A stretch of DNA of 62,904 nucleotides, the filler included, from Rhabdomonas costata (Eukaryota): assembly GCA_019059605.1 (NCBI GenBank). It is 46 parts of 46 records of this genome, joined end to end, with 100 filler letters (N's around TTAATTAATTAA, not from the genome) between each part and the next. Parts side by side here need not be neighbours in the genome. Positions count along the whole stretch, not along the records: positions 50,683 to 51,951 come from JAHMHO010021228.1; positions 52,052 to 53,320 come from JAHMHO010021229.1; positions 53,421 to 54,689 come from JAHMHO010021230.1; positions 54,790 to 56,059 come from JAHMHO010021231.1; positions 56,160 to 57,427 come from JAHMHO010021232.1; positions 57,528 to 58,796 come from JAHMHO010021233.1; positions 58,897 to 60,166 come from JAHMHO010021234.1; positions 60,267 to 61,535 come from JAHMHO010021235.1; 38 more parts are not named here. One strand, 5' to 3'. Shown in pieces: positions 51,644 to 61,283 of the stretch; the stretch's first letter is position 1; each line of letters opens with the position of its first letter. Under the pieces are notes generated by a model. That model searched no databases. It saw nothing but the letters and a program-made list of their open reading frames with translations, and was not told the DNA's origin. Both the position numbers and the translations under genes were made by a program.

Positions 51644-52055
51644 GCCTCGCATGCCACCTTTGGGGGCATCGCAGCCCATGTGGTTCTCCATTGCATCTCC
51701 GTTCTGTGGCTATTCGATTTTTCTCGCAAACCGTAGCCCCGTAGTCCCTTACGTTTTCGCTGGCTTCGTTTCGAGCCTTTTTTTCTTGCAGAACAGGGCG
51801 AACGTTTTCCACGGCAATAGTTGCACGCAGGGTCAACGTTCAACGTTCGATGACACCGCAAAAAAAGGGGGGGGGGGGCGGACGGGAGGGCTATGGATGT
51901 ACCACCACAAAGAACGCTGCGAGAAAACACCTTTGACACCTGCGCAAGCCCNNNNNNNNNNNNNNNNNNNNNNNNNNNNNNNNNNNNNNNNNNNNTTAAT
52001 TAATTAANNNNNNNNNNNNNNNNNNNNNNNNNNNNNNNNNNNNNNNNNNNNGGGG

Positions 52056-52189
52056 GGGGTGATACACTCTGAAACAACTTTGAGCCCACGTCTCGCGATT
52101 CTGGCTTATATCCATCTCATTATCATTTTTTCCTCCTCTGTCTTCTTGCATTGAAGTGGGCTCAAAGTTGTTTCAGAGTGTATCACCCC
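52056..52189. repeat. Perfect 34-bp inverted repeat at contig start (probable WGA fold-back)
   Basis: 52056-52089 is the reverse complement of 52156-52189. Confidence 0.85.
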
Positions 52190-52196
52190 GCTTCAG

Positions 52197-53218
52197 GTAG
52201 CCACAAGCACTGTATCCCGGGCAACCACCGCCGCAGTGGTGCCGAGCGCCGCGGCAGGCTCGGCGGCTTCAGTCAAAGCAGCACCAACTAAGGTAGCGTT
52301 CTCCCTCCCCAGCTTACCTTCCCTGTATACTCCTACCCTACTGATGGTAGTTTTCGAAAAGGAGAGCGATGTTCTTTCGATGAAGTGTGCTGAATGTGAT
52401 GCAATCGGATGCATTTGTTTCCACTTTAGACGCACTGATGGGCCCAACCATCACTCATGCTCATGACCCCACCCCCCGCACCAGTGGCCCAGCGTTTCCC
52501 GTGTCTCTCCCAGTCCGCCAGCCACCCATTTGCCCATGTCCATTCGGCCAACCAGGACGGGGCTGGGACAAAGGGACAGAGAATCCCGCTGTGGAGAATA
52601 TCCCGCTTTGTCATTCAGGTGGTTTCAAGCACAGCCAGTGGGGCTGCAGTGGCATCCCCTGCCTCGACCTCGCCCACCTCTGCGGCGCCCATGGTGGTGC
52701 AGGTGAAGGTAACTTAGTACATGGGTTTGTTGTTGCATTTTGATATTTCACTTCCCTTTGCTGGGGGGTTCCTGCAACAGAGGGCATAGGTTTTTTCCGA
52801 ATATCTTTCTTTTTCTTATCCTTCACTTACAAAGTTGGAATCGTATTAGCCCGCCCTTTTTCTCCCTCCATCACATCAGCCCAGCACTCTTCTGTGATGG
52901 TAAGTCACTTGCCACCTCTACCTGCCGGTCCTTGCTCTGCGCAGACCACGTACACCACGGCCGAGGCCAAGGAGGCCGAGGTGATCCTGAAGAACTGCAG
53001 CCCTGCCTACATCACCCGTCCGGGGTGGATGCTGCTGGACCGTTACCACCGCGGGGCCCCCGCTCAGACCCCAGCCGAGGCCTACGTGATGCTGAACCAG
53101 CTGCTGCGCGCCATGAAGAGCACCCCACTGACTCCCACTGGTGGGACGGCCTCCGGCTCGGGGGCAGGCAACACGGGAGTTGCACAGGAGTCTGCAGCCA
53201 GTGGAGATCCCTCCGCAA
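52197..53218 (+). CDS. Unknown protein with Ala/Ser/Thr-rich linker and a small globular segment, exons 52197-52292, 52619-52708 and 52945-~53214/53218
   Basis: Three phase-0 exons with CAG acceptors, giving ..APTK|VVSSTASG..VQVK|TTYTTAEAKEAEVILKNCSPAYITRPGWMLLDRYHRG. Confidence 0.65.
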
Positions 53219-53420
53219 GTTGTTCCTCGCTTTTTTGTGTGTGTTGTGGTGAAAATCAAACAACAGCACTTCAGAATGTTCCCGGCTCCATAAGTCAACA
53301 TGCAACATACACCAACAACANNNNNNNNNNNNNNNNNNNNNNNNNNNNNNNNNNNNNNNNNNNNTTAATTAATTAANNNNNNNNNNNNNNNNNNNNNNNN
53401 NNNNNNNNNNNNNNNNNNNN

Positions 53421-54302
53421 CTTCCGGGACTCGAATGTATATGTGGCTTCGGTCTGGGCTGAGAAACAACGGCAACTGCTAGCTGCCCGAAGGGAAGTCT
53501 GGTCAGCAGGTATGGTGTTGGACAGCCATCTTTCGCGATCTCCAAGGATGGAAAGACGGGCGACCATCGCGGGTGCCTATCCTCGATCCACTACTGGGAG
53601 ATCACGGCTGTGCAGTTGCTCGCGGCCTGCGCGTGGGACCTAACGCACGATGACCTCTTTGAGGCGCAGGCTGAGGCAGGAGAGAAGGTGCTGCGACAGC
53701 GGAAGGGCCTGCCCATTGGGGGTCATCTCTTCGCTGCTTACGTAGAACTAGTTGCGCTGCGCAATACTTGTGCGCGTGGCCGGCGTCCCACAAAGAAGTT
53801 ATCCCCATAGCGGGCTGTGGTGGGCTCCCCACAGCCCGCTGTAGGGATAACCTCTTCGTGGTGGTGCCTGGTGAAAGCACTGCTGCTGAGAGAGAGAGGA
53901 CTGCTGCTGATGCCCGTTGGCTTTGAACGGGCAGGCAGGATTGCGCGGTGTCTGGAGCAGCAGGACTGGATGGGCGAAGCTGCTCTAAAGGCCACCTTGG
54001 CGTAACGGACGGATTCCGACCGCCAGGGCGAGAGCGGCGACGTAAGAACCTGGAGTGGTGAGACCCACGTGCGTTTGCCGTTTTGCGAGGACTGCTGGCT
54101 AGGTTGGCGAAGAAGTTGCTGCGGTACTTGGACCCTGGTCCGCCAGGCTCTGAGTTTTCTGCGGCAGCGGGGCTACCCGACCCACCGTTGGTACCGCGAC
54201 TTTGGGTGCGAAGTGATTCGGCAGGGAGTGCCGATGAGATGCCTGACGAAGGAGCTGCGAGCAGTTCTGCGACCCGGCCTCCAGCAAAGGCAGGTAAACT
54301 GA
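53421..54302 (+). mobile_element. Decayed Penelope-like element RT fragment
   Basis: LRQRKGLPIGGHL.A.YVEL resembles PLE RT motif B' (RQ..G.P+G..LS). Downstream FLRQRGYP resembles the PLE thumb motif L..RGYP. Frameshifted, with the motif C region missing. Confidence 0.65.
53788..53861. repeat. Internal imperfect hairpin, 33-bp arms with 4 transition mismatches and an 8-nt loop
   Basis: ccacaaagaagttatccccatagcgggctgtgg versus the reverse complement of the right arm ccacgaagaggttatccctacagcgggctgtgg. Confidence 0.9.
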
Positions 54303-55469
54303 GTAGATGCTCCCGCCTTGAGGCGGTGAGTAGGAGGAGAAGTTTGCAAGGTGGTTAGGCGGGGAAGGGGTGACCAGTGTCTTGTACCATTCTTGTGTGT
54401 GGACCGGGGACAGAAACCGGGCACACGTGACGCTTTGCTAAAATGTCATGTGCAGGTTTTGTTTCTGCTGAAGACGCCCCCCTTTTGCTCTTTGTTTCGG
54501 GTGAGACGAAATAGCAACCACCACAAAAAAGTCGAATATATGACGCCTTTTTGCTTGGAGGGAGACACCATGTTCGCCACAACCACAACCCAACTACTTT
54601 GCGGCAACCTAAGACGTAAAAACCATCGACGACTCGGGGTTGAATAACCCCCCCCCCCCACACACACACACTTCTCTCGACCCCCCCACNNNNNNNNNNN
54701 NNNNNNNNNNNNNNNNNNNNNNNNNNNNNNNNNTTAATTAATTAANNNNNNNNNNNNNNNNNNNNNNNNNNNNNNNNNNNNNNNNNNNNGTGGGGTTTTC
54801 CGGCGACGAGCCGGATGTTTCCTGCCCTCATTAGGGCAGAAGAGTGGGCCGCTACCCCCCCCCCCCCCCGTGGTCGGTTTGTTTTGGTGCACACACGGGA
54901 CCGCTACCTTGTGAGGGTGGGTGTGATTTCTGAGTCTCTGCTTGTGGGTCCTTGTGGGGCGTGAGAGGAGCAAAGGACATCCCAGACCGGCAGCTTGTCA
55001 ACTGGAGCCGCATTAGGGAGACAGGCGGAGAGGAGGGAGTCAATCTGAACCCTTATGTATTGAGGGGACATTACGGAAGGGGTTCAGGGACTGGGACATC
55101 GTGAGATGCCCGCAAGGGCTCGGCCTGTAGGGCTTAGCGGTCCTGGGTCCCATCTGTGGGCCACCAGAGCTAGGTGCTAAGGTGTGTGCCCGGCACCCAC
55201 GAGCTCAACCGACGCTAGATGAGCCCACGGGGCAAGGCTCGGGGGCCTGCTGAGGGGCTGACGGAGTTCCGTGACCACGAGGATGAAGAAGAGGAGGAGG
55301 CTGCGGGGAAGAAAGGAGCACTAGGTCCCCCTCGCGCTTGCTGCTCTGCCGCGGCCGCCTTGAGACGCTCCACGCGCGCCTGTCGTGAGATGGGGAGGAG
55401 ACCCCGACCGCGCGCGCTTGCGGCGGCTCTGGTGTTCCGCGAGAGGCGGCTTGGCCGAGGGGGCCGCGA

Positions 55470-55865
55470 CCTCTGAGGATTAGTCGTTGACGCGCTCCTG
55501 CTGCAACCGTACCAGGGAGTGGAGGTGGGCCTTCTACGCGCTGAGGAAGGGCTCCCCAACCTCGGGCCGGATGTGTACCCACCTGGGGAATGCCCGCAAC
55601 GCCGCTGCGCTGCATGTAGCTGTCGCCCGATCGCCTTGTGGAGGGAGACGGACAGCCGATCCCAGCACTGGTGCTGACACTGTCCCAAGAAGCGCTCCTC
55701 CTGCTCGAGACCAAATCTTTGTGTCTCGCATAAAGACCAAAGAGCTTCGCGAGAAAGGTGCGACCCTGAGGAATATTGGCTCCGAAATGTTTCCTGCCTA
55801 AGGGGACGAAGTCCAAATACACAGAGTTGCAGTATTTGCGGTTCTTTTCGACCTCTGCCAGAACT
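55470..55865 (-). pseudogene. Possible decayed PIP5K/FAB1-type phosphatidylinositol phosphate kinase
   Basis: TFLAKLFGLY resembles TLL.K.FGLY. In another frame EPFLSA*K..L....RVND*S resembles FL.....D..L....+.DYS. Stops and a frameshift are present. Confidence 0.3.
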
Positions 55866-56165
55866 GAACTGAATTGAATTGAAATTTTTTGGTTCTGAAA
55901 CTCACGGGAATCGGAACAGAGAATGCCTGCACAAACGGGTTGCCAATAGTACAAACGGGACAGGGCGGCCTTAGTCACGAGAAAAGATATCTACATTAGT
56001 TTCTACACAAACAAACACAATCCCAAGACTAACGTGTACATAAAACACCACACAACAACNNNNNNNNNNNNNNNNNNNNNNNNNNNNNNNNNNNNNNNNN
56101 NNNTTAATTAATTAANNNNNNNNNNNNNNNNNNNNNNNNNNNNNNNNNNNNNNNNNNNNGGGTTT

Positions 56166-56283
56166 TGGGAAGATGCGCCCAGGGTAAACATCTCCGTGCA
56201 TACGGGAGAATCTTGAGGCTCCGCCCGGAACCTCCCGATTCTCCCGTATGCACGGAGATGTTTACCCTGGGCGCATCTTCCCA
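56166..56283. repeat. Perfect 47-bp inverted repeat at contig start (probable WGA fold-back)
   Basis: 56166-56212 is the reverse complement of 56237-56283. Confidence 0.9.
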
Positions 56284-57812
56284 GAACTCCTCTCATATCC
56301 CGTCTCCTCTGTTACCAAGGGTTCCCAAAACAGTGGTCGCCTCTCCCTCGTTTCCGAGCCCGTCCCTGTGTCCAGGGACCTCGCCGGAAGGCCCCAGGGT
56401 ACAGGAAAGTGCCGCGGCAACAGGGAAGCGGCCAAGCTCTGCCGCGGCCTCTCGGAAACCTCCGCGGACCCACTTTTCTGGGGAAGGGGAGGCCGGTGGT
56501 GGGCGCCATGCAGTTGTTTCAGAATCAGTTGGGGTTTGTGTGTATTGGAGAGGGATAGCGCTGGCGCTCCCAACCCTGCCCCCCTTGTCGATTGCTGGCC
56601 CTTTTTTTTGTGCTATCCATGTGCCATCCACAATTTCATCACTGTGGATGGTCATAAACTCGGAATCCTCTGGAATTTTTCAGACGAAACAAAGTCACGG
56701 CGCTGTGGCACAGAATTCAGCACCAAATTTTTCAAGTGGAAATGGAAGGAAGAGCTAGGCAACACAAAGAAGCAGACTAAGAAGTGGAGTTTAAGAAGGA
56801 CGTTGGAGGGGGGGCTGGTTAACGTATGGTGTGGGTATGAGCGAGTGTGTGGGTGTGAATGTGTGTGTGGGTATGCGACTATTGGCTCCCTCCCTCCTTT
56901 GTTATTTTGGTTTTTTTATAGCGTCGGTGATCTAACACTTCTGTCCCACTCTGACGCTCACACACGCACACATACTTACAGTGTGGTGTGTATGTGGTGG
57001 GCGCATTGGGCGCTGGCTGTTGCCCGGTTGAGTGGTTGCTTGGTTGTTGGTGACCACTGTGGGCTGACGGTGCATCCGGCAGATGCCTCTGTCTGAACTA
57101 TGTCTATACTGTCTAAACTGTGCGTCTCCCTACTTCTCTCTTCGTCAGGTCGGCCTTCGAGGGCTTCCTGCGCCCCTGCCGTACATGTCGCCCGCCTCCC
57201 CAGTGGGGAGGAAGAGAATTGCCTCTCTGGCCGCGCTTGCCCTTGAGGCCGAAGAGGGTCCGCCCTCGGGCTACTCCTCTGCTGCGCTTTCATCTCGCCT
57301 GGGGCCCACTATGGGATCACCGATCCTGGGATCACCCCCACTAGGGGTAGGCCCGTGGACACCCAGGGCTGGGTAGCTTCACCGCGCCTCTCGGAGCGCA
57401 GGCCCCCTCCAACAGTACACCACACACNNNNNNNNNNNNNNNNNNNNNNNNNNNNNNNNNNNNNNNNNNNNTTAATTAATTAANNNNNNNNNNNNNNNNN
57501 NNNNNNNNNNNNNNNNNNNNNNNNNNNGTTTGTTGGGGTTTTGTTGACGGTGCCCTTTCCTGAGTATACTGTTTTTCGGCTATCCATGTATCCCGGGTAT
57601 CCCAGCAAAATCGGCATCTGCTCTTACTGTGCAAGTATTGCCGCGTCTTCCACCAGAACTGGGCACCACGGTATCACGGTGTGTCACGGTGGCAATCTTT
57701 CAGTATCGGAAAATGGAACCGGCTGGGTCAGCTCAACTGACACTGATGGGGAGCTCCCCTACTGAGCCTTTATCCGCGCGTCGAAAAGAAATTCTGAATG
57801 TCTGTGCAGCAC

Positions 57813-58226
57813 CTACGCAGCAGTCCGTGGAGGTGCAGGTCTGGGTGGCGCACACGGTGGAGGGCGGCACAGGGGCGTAGCCCCCGGAGCACCCAGCGCT
57901 AAAAGTCCCACATGTCGGGTTTGCTGCGAACACAAAACCTCAGAAGGGAGACAAAAAACCCATAAGGCCGCGGCACAGTCCGAATCAACTCAACTCTTTC
58001 CCACACCCAAAGGAACTCCGAACCTAAATCCAGAATGGGTCGAAGAAAATCCCGCAGGATGCCCCCAAAACATCACGTCACGCTTTCTCGTTGGTCAAAT
58101 CGGAAAAGATCTCACCGTCACAGCAGTCCGAGAGAGTGCAGGTTAGAGAGGAGCAGATCGTGGAGGAGCTCCTCGCGGTGTAGTTGGAGGGGCAGTGGTA
58201 CCCGCTGCTTCCGCACGTCGGGTTGT
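57813..58226 (-). CDS. Cys-rich surface repeat protein, two 111-nt phase 1-1 exons (58226-58116 and 57923-57813), one repeat each
   Basis: NPTCGSSGYHCPSNYTARSSSTICSSLTCTLSDCCD|ANPTCGTFSAGCSGGYAPVPPSTVCATQTCTSTDCCV with canonical AG and GT borders. Confidence 0.85.
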
Positions 58227-59744
58227 CTAAGGAGACAAAACAGAAGGACTGCTCTTTCCCGCAGGCAACAAGGTAACGCTTCCCTGCTCTGCTTGGGGCC
58301 CCAACAGCCGAAATCATTGCACAGCACATGCCCACTTCCACACGAACACCGCCACACTCGATACCAAGCGGCCTGCTCGTTCGAAATTTTTTTAATCCTT
58401 GCTTCTTTTGGGGGGCATCATTGAGGTGGTGACTTCCTTTAAGCTGTTTGTCTTGTGTGGGCCTCTTCTGAGGCGCTGCTCGGGGGCGAGGTCACATTGG
58501 GAACCTCGCGTGCTTTCGGGGATTCTCTGCAGTGAGAGTAGAGACGTTAACAAACACACAACCACTTGCTGATCACCAAAATCGAGAAACATAAAACAAA
58601 ATCAATAGGCCCATCAACAAAAAAACACTACTGGTCAAATTGCGTTTTATAGCGGGCTCGGCGTCCCATCGTGGAAAGACATCCCACGGAGGAAAATGGA
58701 AGCCACTGCTCTGTACAGCAACCCCGAAACTGGCCCAAACGGGCTTGCCCAAAACAGGCAACGAGGGCAAACCCGTGACTTTCAAACCAAAAAACCNNNN
58801 NNNNNNNNNNNNNNNNNNNNNNNNNNNNNNNNNNNNNNNNTTAATTAATTAANNNNNNNNNNNNNNNNNNNNNNNNNNNNNNNNNNNNNNNNNNNNGGTG
58901 TGGTGTACCTGGGTGTCAACGTGTACGTCGACACCCAGGTACACCACCGATTCCCCTTCTCCGGTGACCTTGTAGAGGCACACCTGCTGTGTACAGGTCG
59001 TCGATGTACCGGGAGACGGCATCCGACCTTCCCCGGGCCTAGGTTGTAGGCGTGCTTCTTTTTCACTGGGTAATGTCACGAACCGGCTTGGTAACCGGCT
59101 ACCGGGATGGCTGCTCCTCCCGGAAACCCGGAAACTTAGACCGAGTGATGCTTGTTCCAATCCTCAACAAGGGATCGGGATAAAATTCCCCATAGCTTCC
59201 CTATTGGGATGAAGCCGCTCTTCATTCCCGGCGACTTCCTAGGAGCAAAATGCAAGCATGGAGAAAAATGGCCGCAACAAGCCAGTCGGGCACAAGGTGC
59301 CCTGGGTATGGAATGCCAAGCCCCTTGGGGCAAAGGATTCCGGCCCACCGGGGTATGGTGGGACCGGCGCGGGAATCTTCGGTCAAATCAATCAAGTCAA
59401 TAGGTCAAAGCGGTTCTTTTTTAATCGTTGGCTGTGCTTTCGCTTGTCTTCGTGCTCTGTGGTACGCTTTGCACCCTTATGATGGTCACCCCCGTTTGCT
59501 GCCTTCGACTTCGTCTTTTCCAAGGCCCTTCCGGGCCCCCAATGCGCTAGAAAGAAGGACAACCACGGGGCAAAGCCCCAAGAAAATTGGGTTTTCTTTT
59601 ATACTTCAGGTGCGTTCTAAACATAGTATGTGTGGGTTGATTTGTCCTGAAACCAAATTATATTTTTGATTGTTAATCTTTCTTCGGGTCACCACTCCCC
59701 CAAAATCCTCTGAGGCGGTGTGCCGTTCACCCGCTGGGGTCGTA

Positions 59745-60160
59745 ATCCGCGACAGTAACAAGCCAAGTTGGCGATTTGAGGCGCGGCTGGCATAACCATT
59801 GGCATTCCCATGATTTGGCGGCGTGCCAGGCCTCCGTTGTACGTGTAGTTGTTGGTAATGAGGTATGCGAGCAGGTCTCCAACCCGCTCCTCGGTGAAGC
59901 CATTCCCAGCGAAATTAAACCGCACGCGCTCAACCGGAGCTGCTGAGGCGGTTCACCGTCGACTTACAGGGGACGGTTTACGGCCTGCTCGAGGCCAAAG
60001 GCTTCCCGAATGGATTCCTTGACGTTGTTGGTCATCGTTGTGAAATGAAAAGATGTGCACATGGTGCAGAAGTCCGCCGTCTTCTGCCCATGCTCGAGGG
60101 CTTTATATTTTGAGGTTCTCACCATTCGCGTGAACGCTCCGACACTGTCTATCACCCAAA
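59745..60160 (-). mobile_element. Decayed Penelope-like element reverse transcriptase (motifs A and B')
   Basis: KTADFCTMCT...IREAF resembles motif A (T.DF..MYT). LLAYLITNNYTYNGG..RRQIMGMPMV.PAAPQIANLACY resembles motif B' (RQ..G.PMG..AP.+ANL). Split by a frameshift and truncated. Confidence 0.8.
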
Positions 60161-60268
60161 ACCCTTNNNNNNNNNNNNNNNNNNNNNNNNNNNNNNNNNN
60201 NNNNNNNNNNTTAATTAATTAANNNNNNNNNNNNNNNNNNNNNNNNNNNNNNNNNNNNNNNNNNNNTG

Positions 60269-60827
60269 TTTTGCAACAAAATCAATCTAAGTTCTGACAG
60301 CGGCTGCTGATAATGCTTTAGCGCACCGGATTGGTGATGGGAATGTCCTGACTGACGATCTGGCGAGCAGGGCAAGCAAAGTCCAACTCCGACACAAGGC
60401 TGGGAGGGCGGCACCGCCCCTCAACTGAGTGAGAAGAGAGCGTATGCAGAAGGAGTGACGGAAGGAAATCAGCAAGGTGCAATCGGATTTTTTTTTGGGC
60501 AGTCAGTTTTGAAGAATGGCGCGGTTGCGCTTGATCGCCCCCCTCCCCAGCCCTCTATTTGCCCCACATGAGGTTAATATGAGGTGGACACAGTATGGAG
60601 GAGCATACTTTCGATCACCCGCACATCGTAGGCGGAGGTGAAGATAATCTTCCCTGGGAACAGGCCGGGGCCCTTCGGGTTGAACATGATCGGCACCAAG
60701 GACTGCACCATGCCCATGGCTTTGGCTGCGATGAGTACCATCACACATCCCATTCCAAAAACAACCGAGGAGCGCTCTGGCATTATCAGCAGCCGCTGTC
60801 AGAACTTAGATTGATTTTGTTGCAAAA
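60269..60827. repeat. Perfect 48-bp inverted repeat, one arm at contig start (60269-60316 and 60780-60827)
   Basis: Exact reverse complement. The long spacer contains an exon. Confidence 0.88.
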
Positions 60828-61283
60828 TCCACTTTCCCTGGCAAACAAATATTTGATGGGGCAACACGCGCATGGCATTGCAAACACCGAAATGGAGCAA
60901 GAACGCTTCGAAAATAGGTAAGGGCCATTTTGGCCATCATGCGGTAAATAAAGACTGCATGGGGCACTCTCTGTGATCAGTTTTGAAAAAAAGGCAAGCA
61001 CAGCGCTGGACAATCCCGCTCTCAAGGAGTGACAGGAAGTGGGGCAGAATGAAAAGAAGTCTCCAACCCTTCATCTTGGGCTTGCCATCCTTGGTGTCGT
61101 CCAGGGTGGGGGTGAGGGCATCCGTCTTGTCCAGGCGTGCCTTCTGGCCCATCGCGGTGTACTCCTTGGGGCCAGCGTAGAATGGAGACGAGTACGCCAC
61201 GGTGTACTTCACAGACTGCGAGCAAATGCCGTCTGTGTTGTACAATTTTTCCACCCGCAGAGATGAGGCGCAGCGGTATCTTC
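60609..61283 (-). CDS. Ig-like-domain ciliary protein, CFAP47-like, exons 61283-61068 and 60725-60609
   Basis: Phase-1 join gives VKYTVAYSSPFYAGP...MK|AKAMGMVQSLVPIMFNPKGPGLFPGKIIFTSAYDVRVIE. F.PK.PG.YP..I...S..DVRV.E is recalled from CFAP47. Exon status is strong, family call moderate. Confidence 0.5.

Noticed and set aside
53215..53220. GCAAGT as a GC-AG donor
   Set aside because: A canonical GT lies 4 nt downstream, so a GC donor is not required.
54468..54511. CTGAAGA...GAAA downstream of the Penelope-like RT as a hammerhead ribozyme
   Set aside because: Stem II does not abut GAAA and I could not build stems I and III. An Infernal search with hammerhead models would be needed.
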